Of a stretch of DNA of 64,000 bases, positions 25,201 through 33,810 are shown in pieces. Source of the DNA: Bradymonadia bacterium (GTDB lineage Bacteria > Myxococcota_A > Bradymonadia > UBA7976 > UBA1532). A model generated the notes under the pieces. That model was not told where the DNA came from. It searched no databases and worked only from the letters and a program-made list of their open reading frames with translations. A program made the position numbers and the translations under genes. Each line of letters starts with the position of its first letter. Position 1 is the first letter of the stretch. The DNA is taken from positions 160,001 through 224,000 of the forward strand of contig JBKAGE010000035.1 in assembly GCA_046290225.1 (NCBI GenBank), read 5' to 3'.

Positions 25201-25813
25201 CGGCTTGAGCTGCTCGGCCATTCTCGCCAGCGGCGCCACCGACAGTGGTACATACTGGCTCGATCCTGATGGTGACGGTGGCCTTGCGCCCTTCCAGGCA
25301 TACTGTGACATGACCACGGATGGTGGTGGCTGGACCCTGCTCGCGCGCAACAACCAGACCACCACCTTCACCAACTTCCACCGCACCTGGGCGGACTACC
25401 GTGATGGCTTTGGTGACGCAGCCAACAACAACCTCGGCTGGATCGGCAATGATCGGATCCATGCACTCACCACCAACGGAAACGGTGAGATGCACATTCG
25501 TACGAACTCACTGACTCATGTATACGCCAACTTTGTGGTACAAAATGAGGCCAACAACTATCGAATGACGTTCAGCAACACTGCACAGTCAAACGATGGC
25601 AACCACTTCAGCTACCACAACAACCGTAACTTTACCACTTACGATGATGACAACGACAGTTATGGTGGCAACTGTGCCAGCGTCTACAAGGCAGGCTGGT
25701 GGTATGGCTCGTGTTACAACATGACCATTGCGGGCAGTAACAACAACCATGTGTACTGGCGCAGTGACGCAGGCCTTTACTACGTCAACGACATCGCCAT
25801 CTGGATCCGCTGA
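22295..25813 (+). CDS. Array paralog P5: signal peptide, 7 RCC1-like repeats, TSP3, beta-helix, fibrinogen C-terminal domain
   Basis: GGAGG before ATG 22295; WADYRDGFG, WIGNDRIHALT, FTTYDDDND, CA...AGWWYGSC fibrinogen-C motifs. Confidence 0.9.
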   Translation: MSRSNFFRRTLHGLLGAGALTLLAASSAQATHDYQTCALFDDGQVKCWGYNSHGNLGLGDTNHRGDSPGEMGNSLPYLDLGEPAVEVHTNYLVGCATLQSGAVKCWGYNAHGQLLKGNTSSLGDGPNEMGNNLTPIDLGTGRTSAYLDMGMYHICSVLDNGRIKCWGYNYYGQLGYGDTNYRGDQANESGDNLPYVDLGTENGQPLLAAQVGANYISTCAILTDGRVKCWGYNNYGELGQGHTAHRGDHGNEMGNNLPFTNLGTGRTAKYIDGGIHTMCAILDNDRLKCWGYGGYGTLGQGNTTHYGDNETGDSIPYVPLGTDGQGNPLTVKNFWTGAYHYCAKLETDGVKCWGTNSGGALGYGHSTRLGDNPGEMGDSLPYVDFGTDDQGQPLVVADMDLGHYFGCALFTNGTQKCWGYALYGQLGTGDTTHRGDNANEMGNNLPYLDLGDGTVVALSEPTPLLIVDDDGDNIDDAIDNCPFLANADQADTDGDGMGDACDACANDATNDADGDGICQDVDNCITVANADQTDNNGDGYGDACVSVNADIDPTATLGNDLVIGENAVIGSFANVGDGATVMGDLGSSASVGAGSVVAAGASLANGVRVGDNVGIGAGTSIGVIARIGDGASIGANVTIGTQGEIGAGAVIPDGVQIGEISGVGDNTQLGAGCVLGNNAKMGANGSTGTDCTLESNTRVGDDFVFGSTVHIESNSTIEPEADFGNGVRIGDYAVVGRNAHLAAGTILASGAELGEDAAVGADSEIRGALGNGVTLGADCFVGNQSSLADNCTFGDRVTTGIFVTLGARCDVGEDSAIYDGVTLGVDNTVGARSTILFRTTIGDTANIGTNTIIDEQNTIGNRFTLGNNSRLWPRSGFGNDVSVGANVLIRDTADVGDEVTIEDDVTIFPETTIGNDVTIRQGVEIGVAVCETQVCGQVNIGECLDINADMNPGEALAADCIDGGDPGSAGLSCSAILASGATDSGTYWLDPDGDGGLAPFQAYCDMTTDGGGWTLLARNNQTTTFTNFHRTWADYRDGFGDAANNNLGWIGNDRIHALTTNGNGEMHIRTNSLTHVYANFVVQNEANNYRMTFSNTAQSNDGNHFSYHNNRNFTTYDDDNDSYGGNCASVYKAGWWYGSCYNMTIAGSNNNHVYWRSDAGLYYVNDIAIWIR

Positions 25814-25936
25814 GCTCTCTCCCCCATTTGGGCCATCGCATTGCGCTTGAGCCCCCTACATGATTTGCCTGCGACAACGGTCCACGTGCCGAATCCCTAT
25901 GGGGTCCAGCTCACCACAGTCGCCAGGCATCACTCC

Positions 25937-27406
25937 ATGACCCTTCCTCCTCCGCTCTACCCTCTCCGCGTCAACGCACTCAACGACTCACCGTTACGCA
26001 GCGATGGGCGCTATGTGTTGTATTGGATGATCGCCGCCCGGCGCCCCCGATATAACTTCGCCCTGGAGCGCGCTCTCGAGCTGGGGCGGCAGCTCGATCG
26101 GCCCGTACTGGTCTTCGAGCCACTGCGCATCGGATATCGCTGGGCCTCTGATCGCATACATCGATATGTCCTCGATGGCATGAAGGCCAATCACACCGCC
26201 TTCATGGCTGCTGGTGTGCGCCATTACCCCTACGTCGAACCCGAAGCGGGTGCAGGCAAAGGGTTGCTCGAAGCCCTTGCAGAGCACGCGTGCGCCGTCG
26301 TCACCGACGAGTTCCCATGCTTCTTCCTCCCCCGAATGGTCCGCGCAGCAGGTGAGCGTCTGTCAGTGTACGCCGAGCAGGTCGACGGCAATGGCCTCAT
26401 GCCCCTGAGAGCCGCCGAGCGAGTGTTCACGACGGCGGCAAGCTTCCGCCGCCATCTGCACAAGACACTGCCCGATCACCTGGGACATTGGCCCATGGCT
26501 GATCCGCTCGTCGATCTCGCGCAACCCATGGCCGAGATCCCCGAGCAGGTGAGTCATCAGTGGCCCATGGCCGATCTTGCCGATGTAGAGGCTCTGATCG
26601 AGCGCTTGCCCATCGATCACACAGTGGCTCCGGTGGCTGAGCGTGGAGGCTTCGTCGAAGGCACCCGGGCCATGAGCCGGTTCATCGAGCAACGCCTCTC
26701 GCGCTACGGCGACGATCGCAACCACCCCGACGAAGCAGGGGCGAGCCAGCTGTCGGGCTGGCTGCACTTTGGCCATGTGTCGGCCCATGAGGTCGTGAAG
26801 CGGATCTTCGAGGCGGAAGACTGGTCCCCGGCCCGCCTGGGCCCCAAGCCCACGGGCAAACGAGAGGGCTGGTGGGGCCTGAGCGCACCTGCCGAAGCCT
26901 TCATGGACGAGATCGTCACCTGGCGGGAGGTGGGCTTCACCTTCACCTTCCAGCGGCCCGACGATTACGATCAGTTCGAGTCGCTCCCGGCCTGGGCGCT
27001 GACCACCCTTGCCGAGCACGCTGACGACGAGCGCCCCCACCTCTACACGCTCGAGCAGCTCGACAGCGCCCGCACTCATGACGAGATCTGGAATGCTGCT
27101 CAACGACAACTCAAGCGCGACGGACGCATCCACAACTACCTGCGCATGCTCTGGGGCAAGAAGATCCTGCAGTGGAGCCCAACGCCTCAAATGGCTCTCG
27201 AGCGCCTCATCGAATTGAACAATCGCTACGCCATCGATGGCCGTGATCCCAACAGCTACAGCGGCATCTTTTGGGTGCTGGGCCGCTTCGATCGCGCATG
27301 GGGACCAGTACGGCCCATCTTCGGCAAGGTGCGCTACATGACCTCGGAGAGCACAGCGAAGAAAGTGCGTCTCAAGAAGTACCTGCACACCTACCGCCGC
27401 CTATAG
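25937..27406 (+). CDS. phr: Deoxyribodipyrimidine photolyase, class II-like
   Basis: YVLYWM..ARR..YNFAL, SQLSGWLHFG, IHNYLRMLWGKKILQW, IDGRDPNSYSGI.W..G.FDRAW, IFGKVRYM. Confidence 0.92.
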   Translation: MTLPPPLYPLRVNALNDSPLRSDGRYVLYWMIAARRPRYNFALERALELGRQLDRPVLVFEPLRIGYRWASDRIHRYVLDGMKANHTAFMAAGVRHYPYVEPEAGAGKGLLEALAEHACAVVTDEFPCFFLPRMVRAAGERLSVYAEQVDGNGLMPLRAAERVFTTAASFRRHLHKTLPDHLGHWPMADPLVDLAQPMAEIPEQVSHQWPMADLADVEALIERLPIDHTVAPVAERGGFVEGTRAMSRFIEQRLSRYGDDRNHPDEAGASQLSGWLHFGHVSAHEVVKRIFEAEDWSPARLGPKPTGKREGWWGLSAPAEAFMDEIVTWREVGFTFTFQRPDDYDQFESLPAWALTTLAEHADDERPHLYTLEQLDSARTHDEIWNAAQRQLKRDGRIHNYLRMLWGKKILQWSPTPQMALERLIELNNRYAIDGRDPNSYSGIFWVLGRFDRAWGPVRPIFGKVRYMTSESTAKKVRLKKYLHTYRRL

Positions 27407-27427
27407 CCTCACTTGTCCCTTCAAATC

Positions 27428-27474
27428 CTACCTTCTACATTTCTGTAGTCTTATGTGTGTCATGGCAGTACCCT
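27428..27474 (+). promoter_or_regulatory. Shared upstream motif A (before P6)
   Basis: CTACC-N11-TGTAGTC-N18-TACCCT. Confidence 0.5.
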
Positions 27475-27505
27475 ATGACAGTGTTCAGCCCATAGGGAAT
27501 CGACG

Positions 27506-30500
27506 ATGACTCGACGCCTTGTCTTTCTGACCTCCGCCTTCTCACTGGCGCTCGCCGGTGCAGCTTCGGCGCAGACCATCAACAACATGCCTGGTGGTGA
27601 CGCTGGCCCTGACCTTTCAGGTGAAGGTCTCATCCAGTGTTATGGATGGCACAACAACGGTGTGTCGCCCTCACCCGATCTGGATGCGGTGAGAGCAGCA
27701 TGTGGTGACGCCGTGCGCATCACCTTCGCAGGCTACCGTCATGATGGCACCTTCGTCCGCCACGACATGAGCTTGCAGCAGTCCTTCGTCAACTACCTCG
27801 GCAACGGCAGTCTCTTCTTCCAGCAGTTCGACACCAGCAACAATTACAGCTGGCACAAGGACAACAACTGGCTCCTGCTCGTCGACTACAACAACGCGTG
27901 GTCTGATCCCGGCCGTCTCTGGGAGCCCAGCTTCAACGGCGGCACCAGCGCCACCAACGGCCACGTGCTCTCACAGCTCGGCAACAACGCCCACGATCAG
28001 CACAGCCACCTGGGCGATCGCTACTTCATCTACAAGGGCCTCTCGAACTCAACAGCCCGCATCGACAACATGCCTGGCGGTTATGCTGGCCCCGACCTCT
28101 CCGCTGAAGGTCGCACGCAGTGCTACGGCTGGCTCAACAACGGCAACACCCCACCGCCTGACATCGCAGCCATCCGCACGGCCTGCGGCGACGCTGAGGG
28201 CATCACCTTCGCAGGTTACCGCCACGACGGCACCCTTGTACGCCACGACATGAGCCTGCGGCAGCCGTTCATCAACTACCTCGGCAATGGCCGGCTCACG
28301 TTCACCGACTTCGACCACAGCAGCCAGTACTCCTGGGAGAAGTCCGACAACTGGATCCTGCTCACCGACTACGCCAACGGCTGGTCGGACCCTGGCCGTC
28401 TCTGGGAGCCCGGGATCAACGGTCAGTCCGGCGCCACCGGGGGCCACGTGCTCTCGCAGCTCGGCAACAACGCCCACGATCAGCACAGCCACACCGGCGA
28501 CAGCTACTTCATCTACAAGGTGGTGGTCGATCCTGACGGTGACGGCATCAATGAAGGCGACAACTGCCCCGATGTGGCCAACGCCGATCAGGCCGATGTG
28601 GATGGTGATGGTGTCGGTGACGCCTGTGATGTCTGCCCTGCAGACGCCACGAACGACGAAGATGGCGATGGCATCTGTCAGGACGTGGACAACTGCCCCA
28701 CTGTGAGCAATGGCGATCAGGCAGATGACAATGGTGACGGTTATGGCGACGCCTGTGTGAGCCCTGATGCTCAGATCCCGGAGACGGCCACCCTGGGCAA
28801 CGACATTGTCATTGGTCCTGCTGCGGTCATCGGCACCTACGCTCGGATCGGAGACGGGGCCACGGTGAACGGCTCTGTGGGCAACAGTGTGGTGGTGGGC
28901 GCAGGCTCTGTGGTGCCCGCAGGTGCCACGGTGGAGAACGCCGTGGTCATCGGGGCCAACGTGGGTCTGGGCACCGGCTGTACCGTGGGCATCCTCGCCA
29001 ACATCGGTGACAACGTCACCGCCGGTACGAACTGCGCCTTCGGGAGCAAGGCTGAGGTGGGTGCCGGAAGCACCTTCGGCAACAACACCAGTGTGGGCAC
29101 CCTCGCCATCGTCGGTGATGGTTCCAGCTTCGCCGATGGCACCAGCCTCGGGAACAACAGCCAGGTCGGCGCCAGCGCTGACCTGCTCGCTGGTTCCAGC
29201 ATCGCCAGCAACACGCGTGTGGGTCACACCCTCAGCCTCGGTGCCGGCGCCATCATCGAAAGCAACACCGAGATCGGCGACGAAGCCATCATCGGTGCGA
29301 ACGGCATCGTGCGCAGCTACGTGACCATCGGGAACAGCCTGGCTATGGGCGCTGGTGCTGAGTTTGCCTCTGGTGCTGCCGCCGGTGATGACGCCACCCT
29401 GGGCGAGAACACCGAGGTCCGCGGCTCACTGGGCAACAACGTCACCCTCGAAGACCGAGTGTTCATCGGGAACCAAAGCAGCGTCGGCGACAACACGCAC
29501 ATGCACCACGACACCACGCTGGGCATCTTCGCCACCGTGGAGTCGGGCTGCACCATTCACGACGACTCTGCTCTATACGACGGCGTCACTCTCGGGGCCG
29601 ACAGCACCGTGGGTGAGCGCACCACCATCTTGTTCCGCGCCAACGTCGGCGCTCGGGCCAGCATCGGTGACGACACCATCATCGACGAGCAGAACACCAT
29701 CGGCACCGACCTGACGCTCGGCAACAACAGCCGCCTGTGGCCCCGAAGCACCTATGGCAACAACGTCAACGTTGGCAACAACGTCCTCATCCGTGACACC
29801 GCAGACATCGGTGACGACGTCATCATCGAAGATGATGTGATCATCTTCCCCGAGACCAGCATCGGGAACGAGAGCGTCATTCGCCAGGGCGTGGAGCTCG
29901 GCGTGGCCACATGTGCCGATCGGGTGTGTGGGCAGGTGACCATCGGCGCATGCCAGGAGGTCAACGCCGACATGGATCCCGCAGCGTTGATGGACGGTGA
30001 CTGCGTCAGCGGCGATGCCCCGGAGAACGCGGGGCAGGATTGTGGGGCACTCCTCGCCGAAGGGGTCAACGTCGACGGCACCTACTGGATTGACCCGGAT
30101 GGAGATGGCGGCATCGACCCGTTCCAGGCGTACTGCGACATGACGAGCGCTGGCGGTGGGTGGACCCTCATCGTGTTCAACAACACGAACAACAACAGCG
30201 CCCTGTGGAACCAGAACTGGGCGACCTACAAGGCAGGCTTTGGCAACACCGCGAACCGTGACAACGGCTGGATTGGAAACGACAAGCTGCATGCGCTGAC
30301 GGCGAACGGCGCCAACGACATGCAGGTCCGCATCAACGACGACCTCAACACCAGCTCGGTGTACGGCAACTTCAACGTCGAGAACGAGGCCAACAACTAT
30401 CGCATGACTGTGGGCGCGGTGATTTCGGGGCCGACGTACGGCAACCTCGCCTACCACAGCGGCTCGATGTTCAGTACCTACGACCGGGACAATGACAGTC

Positions 30501-30634
30501 ACGGCAGCACGTGCGGCACCTTCTATGACAACGGCTGGTGGTTCCACAGCTGCTGGACCATCAACCCCATCTACGGGGATGGTCGACCTTACTGGGGCAG
30601 CTACTACAACTCCATCACCCTCTGGCTCCGCTGA
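27506..30634 (+). CDS. Array paralog P6: signal peptide, two copies of an unrecognised ~155-aa domain, TSP3, beta-helix, fibrinogen C-terminal domain
   Basis: ASA-QT cleavage site; internal duplication 27578-28036 / 28061-28519; [25 protein letters not shown]. Confidence 0.88.
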   Translation: MTRRLVFLTSAFSLALAGAASAQTINNMPGGDAGPDLSGEGLIQCYGWHNNGVSPSPDLDAVRAACGDAVRITFAGYRHDGTFVRHDMSLQQSFVNYLGNGSLFFQQFDTSNNYSWHKDNNWLLLVDYNNAWSDPGRLWEPSFNGGTSATNGHVLSQLGNNAHDQHSHLGDRYFIYKGLSNSTARIDNMPGGYAGPDLSAEGRTQCYGWLNNGNTPPPDIAAIRTACGDAEGITFAGYRHDGTLVRHDMSLRQPFINYLGNGRLTFTDFDHSSQYSWEKSDNWILLTDYANGWSDPGRLWEPGINGQSGATGGHVLSQLGNNAHDQHSHTGDSYFIYKVVVDPDGDGINEGDNCPDVANADQADVDGDGVGDACDVCPADATNDEDGDGICQDVDNCPTVSNGDQADDNGDGYGDACVSPDAQIPETATLGNDIVIGPAAVIGTYARIGDGATVNGSVGNSVVVGAGSVVPAGATVENAVVIGANVGLGTGCTVGILANIGDNVTAGTNCAFGSKAEVGAGSTFGNNTSVGTLAIVGDGSSFADGTSLGNNSQVGASADLLAGSSIASNTRVGHTLSLGAGAIIESNTEIGDEAIIGANGIVRSYVTIGNSLAMGAGAEFASGAAAGDDATLGENTEVRGSLGNNVTLEDRVFIGNQSSVGDNTHMHHDTTLGIFATVESGCTIHDDSALYDGVTLGADSTVGERTTILFRANVGARASIGDDTIIDEQNTIGTDLTLGNNSRLWPRSTYGNNVNVGNNVLIRDTADIGDDVIIEDDVIIFPETSIGNESVIRQGVELGVATCADRVCGQVTIGACQEVNADMDPAALMDGDCVSGDAPENAGQDCGALLAEGVNVDGTYWIDPDGDGGIDPFQAYCDMTSAGGGWTLIVFNNTNNNSALWNQNWATYKAGFGNTANRDNGWIGNDKLHALTANGANDMQVRINDDLNTSSVYGNFNVENEANNYRMTVGAVISGPTYGNLAYHSGSMFSTYDRDNDSHGSTCGTFYDNGWWFHSCWTINPIYGDGRPYWGSYYNSITLWLR

Positions 30635-30732
30635 GACAACACACAACACCCTCCCTGTAAAAAAACCCCCTTCCTCATTCATCCCACACTCAGGTACACT
30701 GTACGGGCCTTATTTACCCTTCCGGAGTATGT

Positions 30733-33684
30733 GTGATGGGGTTCAAGCTGATTTCACTCGTAGCGGCCACGGGTGCCATGTGGTCCGTGAGCGCCCAGGC
30801 GCAGACGCCGACGAGCTGCGCGAGCATTCTGAACAATGGGCTGAGCAACGGCGACGGTGTGTACACCATCGACCCCGACGGAAACGGTGCCAACGCCCCC
30901 TTCAGCGTGTGGTGTGACATGACCACCGACGGCGGTGGCTGGACGGTCATCGCCAACAACGACAACGGTGACGTGGAGCCCAGCGGCTGTTGGGCCCGCA
31001 TCGGCAGCCACTCCACCTTCGTTTGCGGCAACATCTCTCAGGGTGAGGACTTCGTCGTTCCCGCATATGGCATGGTCTTCGACGAGCTCGTCTGGGCCAC
31101 CTACGACAACGACGACTTCTCCGACATCAGCGCATACCAGTACATGCTCTGGAACAACGACCAGACCATCCCCAACAACAACGGTCGCTGGTCGCTCAGT
31201 CCCAACAGCAACACTCAGAACCTCAACGGCTACGCTGCTCAGAGCAAGATCTACTGCAACTACAACGGCACCAGCAGCCTGCAGTCCGTGGGCAACGAGA
31301 TCCCCCAGGGGGGTGACTACGGCAACAACCCCGTCACCATCTTCGACGAGATCAACAACTTCGACAATCCCGGCCACATGAGCTTCACCGAGCATGACCA
31401 GCACGGCGGTGGCAGCAGCATGAACGGCCTCGACGACTTCCAGGACGGCCACGGCTGTGGTGACAACTGGCAGCCCAAGGCTGATCGCGGCAAGTCCAGC
31501 TACATCATGATCCGCGGTGAGGATCCTCAGGTGCTGGTGTTCGACGCTGACAGTGATGGGGTGAACGACGACGTCGACAACTGCCCCAACAATGCCAACG
31601 CTGATCAGGCCGATGGTGATGGCGACGGCAGTGGTGATGTCTGCGACGCCTGCCCTGCAGACGCCACGAACGATGCTGATGGTGATGGTGTCTGCCAGGA
31701 CGTGGACAACTGCCCCACTGTCGCCAACGCTGATCAGGCAGATGACAACGGCGACGGCTACGGTGACGCCTGTGTGAGCACCGCCGCCAACATCGACCCC
31801 ACAGCCACCCTGGGCAACGACATCATCATTGGCGCCGCAGCAAACGTCGGCTCTTACGCCCGCATCGCGGACGGGGCGACGGTGAACGGGTCCGTGGGCA
31901 ACAGTGTGGTGGTGGGCGCAGGCTCTGTGGTGCCCGCAGGTGCCACGGTGGAGAACGCCGTGGTCATCGGGGCCAACGTGGGCCTGGGCACCGGCTGTAC
32001 CGTGGGCATCCTCGCCAACATCGGCGACAACGTCACCGCCGGTACGAACTGCGCCTTCGGGAGCAAGGCTGAGGTGGGTGCCGGAAGCACCTTCGGCAAC
32101 AACACCAGTGTGGGCACCCTCGCCATCGTCGGTGATGGCTCCAGCTTCGCTGATGGTGCCACCCTCGGGAACAACAGCCAGGTCGGCGCCAGCGCTGACC
32201 TGCTCGCTGGTTCGAGCATTGGCAGCAACACCACCATCGGTCACACCCTCAGCCTCGGTGCTGGTGCCATCATCGAAGGCAACACCGAGATCGGCGACGA
32301 GGCCATCATCGGTGCGAACGGCATCATCCGCAGCTACGTGACCATCGGGAACAGCCTCGCCATGGGTGCTGGCGCCGAGTTCGCTTCCGGTGCCACTGCC
32401 GGTGACGACGCCACTGTCGGTGAAAACACCGAGATTCGTGGTGAAATCGGCAACAGCGTCACTCTTGAGGATCGCGTCTTCATCGGCAACCAGAGCTCTG
32501 TGGGCGACAACGGCCACATGCACCACGACACCACGCTGGGCATCTTCGTCACGGTGGAGTCAGGCTGTACGATTCACGACGACTCTGCTCTCTACGACGG
32601 CGTCACTCTCGGGGCCGACAGCACTGTGGGCGAGCGCTCCACCATCCTCTTCCGCAGCACCATCGGCGCACGGGCCAGCATTGGTGACGATGTGATTCTG
32701 GACGAGCAGAACACTGTGGGCACCGACCTCGTGCTGGGGAACAACAGCCGCCTCTGGCCCCGAAGCACCTATGGCAACGACGTCACCATCGGCGCCAACG
32801 TCCTCATTCGCGACAGCGCTGACGTGGGCGATGAGGTGACCATCGAAGACGACGTCATCATCTTCCCCGAGACCACCATCGGTCAGGAGACCACCATCCG
32901 TCAGGGTGTGGAGCTGGGTGTGGCCGTGTGTGAGACCCAGGTCTGTGGTCAGGTCACCATCGGCGGCTGCCGTGACGTGGCGGCCAACATCGGCGCCGGT
33001 GGCAGTGATGCGGGCGCCTGCGAGACGGGTCTGCTCATCGACATCGACACGGGTGCACGTGAATGGGCAGACAACACCTACGCCACCAGCTGCAACGAGT
33101 ACCGCAACCCCTCACAAGGCCCCTACGCCTACGTGGACAACATCGGCGATGGCCTCTACACCATCGACCCCGACGGCCTCGGCGGCCTCGACCCCTTCAT
33201 CGTCACCTGCGACATGACCACCGACGGCGGTGGCTGGACCCGCATCGGCTACTCTGCTGATCTCGCCTTCACCCAGCACTTTGGTGGCGGTGACATTCGC
33301 CGTTGGCTGCCCAGCGACTTCTCTCTTGAGCTCTCCGATGCTGAAATCAACGCCATCCGCGCAGTGTCTTCCGAGGGCAAGCAGACCTACGTGGGCCAGT
33401 GCCGGGGCGTGCTCCACTACGACTACCAGAACGGCAACTACGCCTACGCTGTGGGCTTCGAGTTCCAGACGGGCGCCGTGACCAACAACAGCACCTCCAA
33501 CATCGGCAGCGGTGTCTCCGTCACCTCCGATGGTTGCGAGAACAACGACAACGTGAGCCGCACCACCGTCTTCGAGATCAACAACCTCGCGGTGCCCGTC
33601 ATCAACATCAGCACCCGCGACAACGGTGACAACGGTGAGCACTTCGGCAGCCCCCTCACCAGCAACCCCGCCTGGCTGCGCTGA
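30733..33684 (+). CDS. Array paralog P7: signal peptide, N-terminal YCDxxxxGGGW domain, TSP3, beta-helix, COLFI-like tip
   Basis: [23 protein letters not shown] head; [11 protein letters not shown] tip. Confidence 0.86.
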   Translation: MMGFKLISLVAATGAMWSVSAQAQTPTSCASILNNGLSNGDGVYTIDPDGNGANAPFSVWCDMTTDGGGWTVIANNDNGDVEPSGCWARIGSHSTFVCGNISQGEDFVVPAYGMVFDELVWATYDNDDFSDISAYQYMLWNNDQTIPNNNGRWSLSPNSNTQNLNGYAAQSKIYCNYNGTSSLQSVGNEIPQGGDYGNNPVTIFDEINNFDNPGHMSFTEHDQHGGGSSMNGLDDFQDGHGCGDNWQPKADRGKSSYIMIRGEDPQVLVFDADSDGVNDDVDNCPNNANADQADGDGDGSGDVCDACPADATNDADGDGVCQDVDNCPTVANADQADDNGDGYGDACVSTAANIDPTATLGNDIIIGAAANVGSYARIADGATVNGSVGNSVVVGAGSVVPAGATVENAVVIGANVGLGTGCTVGILANIGDNVTAGTNCAFGSKAEVGAGSTFGNNTSVGTLAIVGDGSSFADGATLGNNSQVGASADLLAGSSIGSNTTIGHTLSLGAGAIIEGNTEIGDEAIIGANGIIRSYVTIGNSLAMGAGAEFASGATAGDDATVGENTEIRGEIGNSVTLEDRVFIGNQSSVGDNGHMHHDTTLGIFVTVESGCTIHDDSALYDGVTLGADSTVGERSTILFRSTIGARASIGDDVILDEQNTVGTDLVLGNNSRLWPRSTYGNDVTIGANVLIRDSADVGDEVTIEDDVIIFPETTIGQETTIRQGVELGVAVCETQVCGQVTIGGCRDVAANIGAGGSDAGACETGLLIDIDTGAREWADNTYATSCNEYRNPSQGPYAYVDNIGDGLYTIDPDGLGGLDPFIVTCDMTTDGGGWTRIGYSADLAFTQHFGGGDIRRWLPSDFSLELSDAEINAIRAVSSEGKQTYVGQCRGVLHYDYQNGNYAYAVGFEFQTGAVTNNSTSNIGSGVSVTSDGCENNDNVSRTTVFEINNLAVPVINISTRDNGDNGEHFGSPLTSNPAWLR

Positions 33685-33772
33685 GACTCAGACCGCACCT
33701 GACCCATCCCAACAGAGGTGTGTTTAAGCGCCTCTTTCCTACCCACCCCTTTCAATCTGTCGCACCCATCAT

Positions 33773-33798
33773 TACACTGTGAGGGTCTTATCTACCCT
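33773..33798 (+). promoter_or_regulatory. Shared upstream motif B (before P8; also 30695-30720 and 36806-36830)
   Basis: TACACTGT-N2-GGGYCTTATYTACCC: -10-like hexamer followed by a small inverted repeat. Confidence 0.55.
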
Positions 33799-33810
33799 TC
33801 ATGAGGTTGT

